A stretch of 64,000 nucleotides of DNA from Lytechinus pictus (taxonomy: Eukaryota), in assembly GCF_037042905.1 (NCBI RefSeq), contig NC_087250.1:19036001-19100000 (forward strand). Reading direction: 5' to 3'. This document shows, piece after piece, positions 23,050 through 34,464 of this stretch. The position numbers were made by a program, and so were the translations under genes. The notes under the pieces were generated by a model. The model saw only the letters and a program-made list of their open reading frames with translations, had not been told where the DNA came from and ran no database searches. Each line of letters starts with the position of its first letter. Within the stretch, counting starts at the first letter, position 1.

Positions 23050-24870
23050 GAACTAGAACTGCAATCGTTTCATTACGATGTGCATGCATTGACGCGTCTG
23101 ATTTAGAGGTCAAGTCCACCTCATAGAAATTTTGATTTGAATCAATAGGGAAAAATCAGACAAGCACAATGCTGAAAATTTCATCAAAATCGGATGTAAA
23201 AAAAGAAAGTTATGACATTTCAAAGTTTCGCTTATTTTTAACAAAAGAGTTATATGAACGAGCCAGTTACATCCAAATGAGAGAGATGATGATGTCACTC
23301 ACTCAAAATGGTGCATGCACTGTCATGCATGAATGATTTTAGAAAATGAAATAAGAGGTACACAATAATGCATCATGGACAACATGTCTACCAAATCGGA
23401 ATGAATTTGGATGAGGAGCGGAGGCAGGGGAAGACTAACAAAAATTACATGTTAATCAAAGTGGATTTTGGTACATTTTGCCCTCCATAGGAAGCTACAT
23501 TCTCAAGTCAAAAGGATTTCGTCCATTGGGCCATTTTTAGACCTATGGCCGCTCAAAAAAAAGAGAGAGAAGGGAGAGAAAGACACAGAGAGTAATATGA
23601 ATACGCATACACATTTCCCTGACAGTTCATTAACGTAACTCAGTGTAAAGTACATAGCAGAACGATGTGCATGCATAATACGTTATGCCATAGACATTGT
23701 GTACAATTCTGTTGTTGATAATGTGTGCACTGTGAGTAGTAAACCATGTGTTCAGATTGGCTTATCTTGAAATTTTCTGTTGTAACCTATGTCGTATTTG
23801 GTATCACTGGATAGGGCATTCCAATGCGGTGACATTGATACCACTTTTATTTTTGCGCAAGCAATAGACCGGAAGTAAATGCCATATAAAGAAAGACATT
23901 AAAAATGACAGTTTTGCACAATAATTTTAAGCTGACGTGAGCTCTATGTCAGTTTCTGTCACAAAAGGTTGACGAACGGTTAAAGTATATATCAATACTC
24001 ATATCTGCCAAGTTAGAAAGGATAAGCTTCAATAATAAGGAAATAAGAGCAAGTTGAAGTTGTGCTGGCATTATAGTGCATTTTTGCGTATTTTGCTGAT
24101 TTTCGGGAGCATTATTCAGATATTTCGTCAGCTGTAAGGTATATATTTTTCTAAATGGCATGAATGGGCATATCTTGAACACCCTAAATCTAAAAAAGGG
24201 TACGGGTTTGGCCATGCATGACGCAATGAGGAGCATTCAAAGATAAGCGTTTTTGAAACTTTAGAGGGCGCTATTTCAATGCCGGAAGGTCGATGATGCG
24301 TGAAAACTAAGTCGTATGTATGATATGTTGCCAGTATCAATTCCTGAAAATATCAACTCGAATTGAATAAAAAGAAAAAAGTTATGGCCATTTTACGATT
24401 ATTTGACTTTACGTTTCAATAAATATGAAGTTTTTGAAGGAAGGCTATTTCGGATTTGAATTTAGGGCATGAAGATGGCATTTTGAAGGTCAGGTTATAC
24501 GTCGCAAATGATGGAGCAACTCTTTGACTATCTATAGCAATTTGTTAGAAGTCTGTAACATGCAGGATGCGGGAGTTAGGACGATATTAGTAATGGTATG
24601 CAAATGGACTTGAAATTTACAAAATGGCGCCTGGATGGTCATGCATGAGTGATTTTGGAAAATGGAAGACGAGGTGCACAACTAGGGATGCTTGACGACA
24701 TGTCTACAAAGTTTGGATGAATTTGGATGAGGGACGGAGCCAGGGTAGAGCTAACAAAAACCATGTGTTAAACAAATGGGATTTGGTGGAAGAAGAAGAA
24801 GAAGAAGACGACGGAATAGGAATACGGAACAAGAACAATGCATTGTCGCCATTGGGCGTCAATGCAATTA
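23050..24870 (-). mobile_element. Helentron-associated/DINE-1-like element with further insertions
   Basis: Inverted repeat TGCATTGACGC (23085) / GCGTCAATGCA (24856), partial partner TGCATTGTCGC (24840), adjacent (GAA)n, and two diverged core repeats at about 23305 and 24620. Confidence 0.6.
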
Positions 24871-25062
24871 TACCTTAAAAGAGTCCTTCTTAAGTCAGTA
24901 TATAAAAAATTGAGCTCGCGCTACGCGCTCGCATCACTGTTTAGTTATATACGCATCTCAACCTCACAGGTTTTTTTTTACGCGAACGAGAAGCACAAGC
25001 TGAAAATATTTTATATTCTAATCTGACAACTGAAAAAGCTTCGCGCTCGCATTCATTTCTTA

Positions 25063-25560
25063 AAGGACAAGTCCACCCCCCAAAAAAAAATGTTGATTTG
25101 AATAAATAGAGAAAAATCAAACAAGCATTATGCTGAAAATTTCATCAAAATCGGATGTAAAATAAGAAAATTATGACATTTATAAAATTTTGCTTATTTT
25201 TCACAAAACAGTGATATGCACAACTCAGTGACATGCAAATGAGACAGTCGATAATGTCCCTCACTCACGAATTCCTTTGCTTTTATTGTTAGAGTTTTAC
25301 AATATTTCATTTTTTACAGATTTTACAATATGAACCAACTTGATTGAACCATTTAGTATTAAACAATGCTAATTGCTCATGTTCAGGGAGGAATTAATCG
25401 TTGTTTCACACGACAACAGAGAAAAATGGAATATTTCATATTTCATATACTAAAATACAAAAAGAAGTAGTGAGTGAGTGATGTCATCAGTCTCCTCATT
25501 TGCATACCGACAAGGATTTGAATATAACTTGTGAAATTAAGCGAAACTTTAAAATGTTGT
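25063..25560. mobile_element. Kolobok-like MITE (AGGACAAGTCCACCCC family), right end truncated
   Basis: Related copies at about 23105, 37258, 42699 and 61699, several starting at TTAA|AGG. Confidence 0.65.
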
Positions 25561-25698
25561 TGGCCTACCTATTATCTTTGTGTATTTCCTATAAGATTCT
25601 CAAAATATTCATTTTCAGGTGTCTCGATTGTCAAAATGAAGGCCTATGAGCTAGCGCTGTGCGCTCGCATTTTGATTGGTGATTTCTGTATACCTATA

Positions 25699-28600
25699 CA
25701 GTGGCGTAACTACCAGGGGGCATGGGGGACACGTCCCCCCCAAAAAAAAAAAATTATTGTTTATTATAATGTTATATTTTATCATAATTATTTTACATAA
25801 GAAGCATTTTGTTCATGACTTTATGAAACAGTTTGCTCAGGGCCTATGTCTTCATTGTTCCTGGTGCTCGCGTGGACTGTTTAACGAGATGTATAATCAT
25901 GTTGTACTAAAACCTCCCGTTTTCAAATCAATATACACCAAATATATTTCCTCACATTTCGAGTTATTATTGTTTTATGTAGTGACATTTGCTTCTTTTT
26001 CATGACTACTTAAAGTGATTGCCCAATTTTAGGGTCTTAATATAAAACATTTCCTGTCCATGCTTACGTTCGCATTAGTTGATTGGTGGGTGCCAGGTAA
26101 AAATGGCAGAGGTAATAATGGCAGAGGTAAAAATGGCAGAGGTGAAAATGGCAGAGGTAAAAATGGCAGAAATAAAAATGGCAGAGGTAATAATGGCAGA
26201 GGTAAAAATGGCAGAGGTAAAAATGGCAGAGGTAAAAATGGCAGAGGTAAAAATGGCAGAGGTAAAAATGGCAGAGGTGAAAATGGCAGAGGTAAAAATG
26301 TCAGAAGTAAAAATAGCAGAGGTAATAATGGCAGGGGTAAAAATGGCAGAGGTAAAAATGGCAGAGGCAAAAATGGCAGAGGTAAAAATGGCAAAGGTAA
26401 AAATGGCAGAGGTAATAATGGCAGAGGTAAAATGGCAGGGGTTATAATGGGAGAGGTAAAAATGACAGCTCTAGGTAAAATATGGTCAGTCTTAAACCCC
26501 CATGCAATGAATTGTCAAAATGCCCCCGCATGTAAAATCCTGAAGATTTTTCCACATTTTAATATTGGTACAGATCCATTTAAACAAATGACGATATAAC
26601 TGTCGAAAAATATTTCCGCTTGAGTGAGCACCACTTACTTTTGAAAAGTTATTGAAAAATGGGGTACCGGTTTGTTAAAAAGCCGAGAAAAAAAAGTTTT
26701 CAATCCAAAATGAAAGGGGATTTGGTTAAGGGGGAAAATTACACAAAAATTATTTCAACTAAATGAAGTTCTTTTAGGTCAGAAAACGAATTACAACAAA
26801 AATAATAACAATTAGATAATAAACAATGTTTTTTTTTATGTTTGAAAAATAACAGATTTGTATCAAATCTCTACATTTTAGCATACCAAGCTAATTACCA
26901 AGAGGGTGCTGCTTATGGTGTACAAAATACCCAACCGCTTCCAAGGGTTATGACCATCAAGGCGTTTATATCATATTGGATGCAGTGGTTAAGGTTCAGG
27001 GTCTTCTTTTATGCAAAGAATCTGAACCAGACGGTCCCCCTCGATCGACCCCAAATTGGTTTACCATTCAAAACAGGATTATTATTGATTTTCATAATCA
27101 GTTACATATTCAGTGCCAAGCCTGGGAACGCATGCTTATTGTCATTCAAATATTTAAAAAGAATAGTACAGACGACATTACAAATAAGGACATAATATTT
27201 AACCACAATCATTCGTGACAATTTCAAGGTCTAAGCTTTCCCCGCTATGTTCTCTATGTTGTTCCCCGCCCCCGTAACCCACTCTGTCTCTCCACCTCTC
27301 TTATGTCTACTCTTCCTCCTTTTTGCATCGGTAAACCTGGCAATGACAATGACAATGACAATGACAATGATTTTATTTCTTTGACGGCCCCTCCTGGGGG
27401 CATAGAAGAAATATAACAACTTACAACAATGGCAATAATAGGCATAAGAAAAAAAATACCAAGGTAACAAAAAAAAAATAGATATAAAGAAACCAGCCAG
27501 ACAAAAAGGAATGTTATGAAATGATGAATGAGAATAGTGCAGTTTCATTTTGCTCCTGATAAATTGAATGAAAAAAAATCTGTCGTTTGATTTCTTTTTA
27601 AAAAGCGTTCACGGTACACCTCCAACGAATTCGTAAATAGCATTGTTAGGCCGATTAAGACATAATGATGATGAAATGCCTAACCGTGACATGCACTTCT
27701 TATTTAATGTATGTACATGCGGGGGCTTTTTGACAATTCATTGCATGGGGGTTTAAGACTGGCCATATTTTACCTAGAGCTGTCATTTTTACCTCTCCCA
27801 TTATAACCCCTGCCATTTTACCTCTGCCATTATTACCTCTGCCATTTTTACATCTGCCATTTTTACCTCTACCATTTTTACCTCTGCCATTTTTTTTACC
27901 TCTGCCATTTTTACCTCTGCCATTATTACCTCTGCCATTTTCACTTCTGCCATTTTTGCCTCTGCCATTTTTACCTCTGCCATTTTTACCTCTGCCATTT
28001 TTACCTCTGTCATTTTTACATCTGCCATTTTTACCTCTGCCATTTTTACCTCTGCTATTTTTACATCTGCCATTTTTACCTCTGCCATTTTTACCTCTGC
28101 CATTTTTACCTCTGCCATTATTGCCTCTGCCATTTTTACACCGAGCCGATTGGTGAGATGTCTGCTCTTCATGAATTCCTAAAATCAGTTCTTAAAATGT
28201 CAATTTTTCTGATCTGAATATCAAAAGTTTTTAGCTCGCGCTTCGCGCTCGCATCATTTGGTTAGTGAAATACGTAAGGACTTAGTGAATTCCTACAAAC
28301 AAGCCTTAGAATGCCCCTCTTCAGGTCTGAATTTCATAAATTTTCAGCTCGCGCTTCGCGCTCGCAGTATTTGATTAGTGAGATGCATATGATAATCATG
28401 ATTACTATGACAACAAAAAGTGCTTCATATGTTTAGATGTAATTCTAACAAAATCAGCAAAGGATGCCACTATCATTAGATGACTATGCTGAGATATTTA
28501 TACTCTTAATGGATACCTAAAATAAAGTCCTTAAAATGTCCCTGTTTGGGGTCAATACATACAAAAATTTCAGCTCGCGCTTCGCGCTCGCATTGTTTGT

Positions 28601-28860
28601 TTAGCGAGACAGGTACGTATCACGATTACAAACAATTTGCTTATAATGTCTCTTTTTGGTCTGAATATCAAAAATTTTCAGCTCGCGCTTCGCGATCGCA
28701 TTATTTAATCAGTGACATACTTATCCGTTTAATGGCATTGCATGTCCTTAAAATTTCTCTATTAGGTCAGCATACCTGGCAACTGAGCGCGGTCCCTAAG
28801 TGACACCAAATTTGTGGTGGTGCCCCCCCCCCCAATGCCGTGACCCACGGTACGTCACTG
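25699..28860. mobile_element. 3.2-kb hAT-like element nested in the 12.5-kb element
   Basis: TSD TACCTATA (25691-25698 and 28861-28868). TIR CAGTGGCGTA / TACGTCACTG. Confidence 0.85.
26089..28147. mobile_element. Foldback-type element with ~440-bp TIRs built from 15-bp repeats
   Basis: (AAAAATGGCAGAGGT)n at left and its reverse complement at right, plus a ~70-bp inner non-repetitive IR. GG...CC ends and TSD GATTGGTG (26081-26088 and 28148-28155). Confidence 0.9.
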
Positions 28861-29072
28861 TACCTATATATTCTGTAACAAACTACTTGAATTGAATTCC
28901 CCCCATTTAAAAATTTCGGATCGCGATTTGCGCTCGCATTATTTGCTATAAATGTATCAACCCATGAATGCTGTTCATGATTACAAAAAATATAAAATAT
29001 CCAGTTTTTCAGGCCTCATGCACTGTCAACAGATTTCACGCACTCATTAGGCTTATTAGATTAATAAATGAA

Positions 29073-30835
29073 GAGCTCACTTGCAAAAGGGGTTAGGTCC
29101 ATTTTTCATCAAATTTGATTTTTATGTCTCAATGTATAGATTTTTAGTAGCTCTATGAGATGATACCAAAGAAAAGTTGAAATTCCTATTAAAAAGTGAA
29201 CTAAAATGGCAAACAAAAGCCACTTTTTTTTTAAAAAGGGTTTAGGTCCATTTCAGTTTAGTTGCAAAAGGGGTTAGGTCCAAACAGAATTTTTTTGGAA
29301 AAGTATATCATAAAATATATGAAGACAGGTAGATTTCTTTTATACCCAATTTAATGTTCTCATGGAAGGGTATCATGAAAATTCAGTTTCGCATAAAAAT
29401 ATTGCAATCTGGGAGAATTAAAAAAATTATTTTCTTGGAGTGGACCTAACCCCTTTTGCAACAAAACTCTTCTGAAGAACTCATTTGTCAAAATGGGTTA
29501 GGTCCATTTTTCATAAATTTTATTGTTTTCTGTCTCTAAACCTCTAAATTTTTAGTCACTCTGATGATACGAAAGAAAATTTGAAATTCAAATGAAAACG
29601 TGAGTGAAAGTGGCAAAGAAAAATCACAATTTTAATCAATGAAGAGGAAATTGAAATAGTTCATAAGTTCAAATACTTAGGTACCATTATTGACGATGGA
29701 TTAAAATGGGGAGATCAATGCAATTCAATTTACAAGAAGGCAATACAACGGATGTATTTCCTAAGAAAATTGAAGTCATTCCATGTTGACCGCACCATAA
29801 TGGTTTTATTCTATAGATCACTTATTGAAAGCATCCTCATATTTGATTGTGTGGTTTGGTTCACAAGCTGTCGCAAAAAAGATCTGAATATACTAAGTAG
29901 AATGGTCAGACAAGCAGAAAAAATAACAGGACCCGACCTTAACCTCACTGATGTATGCCGAAACAGAATACTTGAAAAGGCAAAAGAGATACTATACAAT
30001 AATGATCACCCATTGAATGTAAACTACGAAAGGCTGAGATCTGATAATAGACTACGGTCGGCACGTTGTCGAACAAATAGGTTCTTAAACTCATTCGATC
30101 GTGCCAAGCTCAATCCGAATGCTGAATGAGGAAGGGATTGTATAAGAATAATGATATGCCCAATAATGTAAATTTACCTTGTCAGGTAGTTGATGTTAAT
30201 TCTTTAAAACAACAATATTGAAAATAAAAATAATATGTAAATACTGATAACAATAACAATTACAAGTGGACAATGCTGTGAAGATTTATAGTACTGATTT
30301 ATTACAATTCTAATGCAATTTCAATTCAATATCCGATATCTAACTTTCAGTTCAGATTTCCATTTCAATCTTAATTTTAATATCAATAACAGTATTTTTT
30401 TCAAATGCTACCCAGTGGGTAGTATTTGCACGTGTATATCATAATTGACTATATGTGATTGTTCGATTTTCTGTAAATATGTTCATTTTCTATGCTATGT
30501 TATGTATGTTCAATACCATGTAAAAATGCAAATTTCCACTTATTTATTTATCTGGACAATAAATACTACCTTATGAACCTTATGAAAAGAGATTGGATTA
30601 ATTTCAGTTTAGTTGCAAAAGGGGTTAGGTCCACAATGATAATTTTTTTAAAGATATATAGAAAAAAATTGAAGACAGGTAGATTTCTTTTATACCCAAT
30701 TTTATGTTCACATGATAGGGTAGTACATCATGACAATTTAGTTTCTCATAAGACTATTGCAATAAGTGAGAATAAAAAACATGGTTTTTCTCGGAATGGT
30801 CCAAAGTGGACCTAACCCCTTTTGCAACTAAACTC
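29073..30835. mobile_element. Two tandem MITE copies with GAG...CTC ends (29073-29469 and 29477-30835; Sola-like, tentative); the second is split by a LINE fragment
   Basis: TIR cores TTGCAAAAGGGGTTAGGTCC / GGACCTAACCCCTTTTGCAA. The internal sequence is shared between copies. Confidence 0.7.
29636..30585 (+). mobile_element. Rex1/Babar-like LINE 3' fragment
   Basis: Reads FKYLG.IID...QRMYFLRKL...FYRS.IESIL....VWF...HPL...RTNRF.NSF. Ends with AATAAA and a CCTTATGAA tandem tail. Confidence 0.8.
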
Positions 30836-32530
30836 TTCAAATATGAAATACAATTTTTATGAATTCATAACTAAATTGTCCTTTTTCAAAAAAAAATATC
30901 GACACGTTCTAGGAAGAGGAATAAAAGATAGGCATCATTTTTATATGACAAAATGTCCTTAGGCCTAAAATGTCTCGATCCTAGTTTTAAAAAATAATAA
31001 AATATCAGCTCGCGCTTCGCGCTCGAATCATTTATTAAGTACTTTCCACATCCACTTCACAATTCCCCTATATACACAGTGCTTTAAATATTGCTTAAAT
31101 TGACCCATTTCATATCGGAATTTCAAATATTATTTCCAGCTCGCGATCCGCGCTCGCATTATTGATTTTCATGATGAAAAATGAAATGTATTCAGAATGC
31201 CCAGATTTTGTCTAACTCTAAAACACGTGCATGCATGTTTATCGAGATACGCATCTTGATCTTATTAAAAACGTGCTAAAATTATCCAGTTTTAGATCAG
31301 AATATCAAAATTTTCTGCTCGCGCTTTGCGCTCGTATTATTAATGTAGGAAGATACCAAAAACTACCCATCATTTTTCATGAGTGACAAAACATGAATCG
31401 AGTGTCCCGTTGGGGGTTTGAAATCTAATTTTTTAGGTTGGAATATCAAAAATGTTCAGCTCGCGCTTCGCGTCGCATTATTTAATCGTTGAAATATGTA
31501 TTGTCTTAATGGCTAACTGCAAAATTTCCTTAACAGGTCCCTTTTCGACCAGGTCAGAACGCACATTAAAAATTTCTGCTCGCGCTTCGCGCTCGTAGTA
31601 ATTATCTAGTTACATACGCATCTTGTTCAGTTTCACAAACATTGCCCAGAATGTTCAATTTTCAGGTCAAAATACATGAAATTTAATTTTTTTTTCCTCG
31701 CATAGGGCTTATGAGATTATTGCACATTAATGTTGTTTATAAAGTAAAGCTAGGAAATGACTGTTAGGACATGGGCGTTTTGTCCCCCCCCCAAAAAAAA
31801 AAAAAAAAAAATCACGACCAAGAAAAAAAAAGAGAGAAAAGGAAAGGGATTATGGGGAAATATAATATTATTTTCCAAATTTTATGTCAAATATATCGCG
31901 CTTCGCGTTATCATTATTTATTTAGGCCTTGTGAGATACCTCAATGTGTTTTTAAGAATAAAATTTCGGAATTTCTTTAACTTCTACCCCCCATTTTATT
32001 TTTATTGTTTTATCTTGGTGCCCTCTACAAAAGTTCAACAAGCACCCCCCCCCCCGTGCAACCCTGCTGAATAAATCACAGCTTCGCTACTGATGAGGAG
32101 ATTGAGTCGATTGCTTCGAGATTGCATTATTCCCAAGAGGTTATCATTGATATTAATAAGGGCTATTCTAAACAACTAGTAAAGAAACTACAGCTCCCGT
32201 TCACACAATATTCTAGTAGGGCCTACTCTGGTGAGAAGTTAAACCAAATTGAGACCCCCCAAAATCGCTCGCGCTTCGCGCTCCAATTGATATTACATTA
32301 TATATTCATGGATTTTTTTTGTTCAAGAACACATAAAAAAAGTGGTCTTTAATTGCCTTTTTTTATGTGATTATGTAATAAGATAATTCAAAATACATTC
32401 AAGGCATTTAAGTTAGCCTGGCCGGGAGGGAGGGGGCGCCATTTTTCGAAAAGTACACATGGGCGCCAAAAATCAGGTCAAATTTGGGCCCCCCTCCCCA
32501 CAAAATTTTGGATCCGCGCCTGATTTAGAC

Positions 32531-33170
32531 AACAAGTTATTGGAAGCGAAGTGGATTGATGTATTATTAAAATCTAAAACAATAACTATTGGTTGTGTTT
32601 ATCGTCCACCTAATGCTGATGTAGCTTATTCTAATAACATGCTTGACATTTTTGAAAAAGCAAGTATGAGCAATGATGATTTAATTGTACTAGGTGATCT
32701 AAACTATGATTATAAGCTCGATGAACATTTGTGTGACAACCCAATTAATCTGCTAGAAAACCTTTTTTCTTTAAGACAAATGATTTTAGAACCAACAAGA
32801 GTTACCAGTGCATCATCGAAATGTTTAGATCACATTCTCAGTTCAATGCCTGATAAGCATTTAATCAGGGACGTTGCTAAAATCGCATTAAGTGATCACT
32901 ATCTAATTTATACATGCATTGGTGTACGTAATGAAAAGAAAATAAAACATAAAATGATTCGTTATCGTGACTTTCAAAATTTTAAAGCCAAATTATTTAT
33001 TCAAGATTTGAAGATATGTGATACGTTCAATAATTCAAATACCAATAATTTACCATTAAATAAAATGTGGTCCAAATGGAAAACGTCTTTCCTTGAACTT
33101 TGTAACAAACATGCTCCTTCCAAAGAAAGTAGATTGAGAGATCGTCATAATCCATGGATTTCCTCTGATG
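32531..33170 (+). pseudogene. LINE ORF2 endonuclease C-terminal half (continuation of 19681-20022), truncated before the RT
   Basis: Contains GCVYRPP, GDLN, PTRVT, LDHI, SDH, KHAP and PWI. Confidence 0.9.
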
Positions 33171-33199
33171 TATGGTTTGACAAAGTTGCATTTTTTCTA

Positions 33200-33815
33200 T
33201 TAGAATAGTAATAATAATGATAATAATATAAGTTATAATAATAATGACAATAATGATGATAATGGTAATGATGATGATAATAATAATAAAAGTCATAATC
33301 CTAATAAGAAAGTTATATATTTTACCCAGGGTAGCCAAAGAATTAAAATTAAAAAAATAAAATTATAATGATAAAATATACTCTCATTGCTTTCGGGTTC
33401 ATAATTATGATCGTTAATTTGATCGTTAAAACTTTAATGAAATCATAATAAGTATCAATCCATTAATCAATCAATTCTTCCATCCAGCCATCACTCAATC
33501 GATTAATTATCAATCAATCATTCAATCAATCAATCAATAAATAAATCAGTCAATCTTTCAATCAATCAATCTTTCAATCAATTAATCAAACAATCAATCA
33601 GTCAATCAATCAATCAATCGATCAATCACTCAGTCAATCAATCAACAACACATCGCATGTAGAATGCTCAGATTAAATCGATGAATACACTTAATTCAAT
33701 ATTATTTTATTTGTTACATTACTTTTATAAAGGGGTATAGTCCAATCTAGAAGAAGAAGGAGAAAGAGGAGGAGGAGCAGGAGGAGGAGGAGGAGAAGAA
33801 GAAGAAGAAGGAAAA

Positions 33816-33846
<31 letters not shown>

Positions 33847-34160
33847 CAGGAGAAGGAGGAGGAGGAGGAGGAGAAGAAGAAGAAGAAGAAGGAGAAGGGG
33901 GAGGAGGAGGAGAAGGAGGAGAAGAAGAAGAAGAAGATGATGATGATGATAATGATGATTGGATTGTATTGATATACATGTAACAATGATATATATTTAC
34001 AGTTACCAAGAAAAGGGATTGCCCTACTCAGCATATTAACATAATTATCAAAGCTGTCTTACATGATGATGGTGATGATGACCATGGTAGTTAGGATAAT
34101 GCTTCTGCTGCTGCTGTTGCTACTGTGATGGTGATGATGATGATGTTAATGATGAAGAAC
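33200..34160. repeat. Microsatellite cluster: (AAT)n, (TCAA)n, (GAA/GGA)n, (GAT)n
   Basis: Directly visible. Confidence 0.95.
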
Positions 34161-34464
34161 ATTAATTTTCTATAGTGCTGTTTACATAATCGGATTGTGA
34201 CGTTTACTGCTTAATAAATCCTAATCTCCATCCATTTCCACAAAAACGTGTAAAATATTGTAATATTTCACCAACTAATTATTTTGTAACATGACAATGA
34301 TATAATTACAACTGGTTCCTTATCATTAATTACCCTGTCCTCTTGCAAAGCTGAACCAAAATATATATATTCAGGATAGAATCATTAAACTGTGACCATG
34401 GAATACTCGTCCGGGGAAATAGTGCATCATATATGTCAAATAAATTATTACCAGATTACTGTTA

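Larger units (their letters stand above)
20023..32522. mobile_element. 12.5-kb non-autonomous hAT-like element carrying satellites and nested TEs
   Basis: Perfect 14-bp TIR CAGGCGCGGATCCA / TGGATCCGCGCCTG. 8-bp TSD ATTTAGAC (20015-20022 and 32523-32530). The host LINE frame rejoins across it. Confidence 0.9.

Noticed and set aside
26029..28172. (KNGRG)n, (VKMAE)n and (PFLPL)n repeat-protein ORFs
   Set aside because: Translations of the 15-bp repeat in the foldback TIRs.
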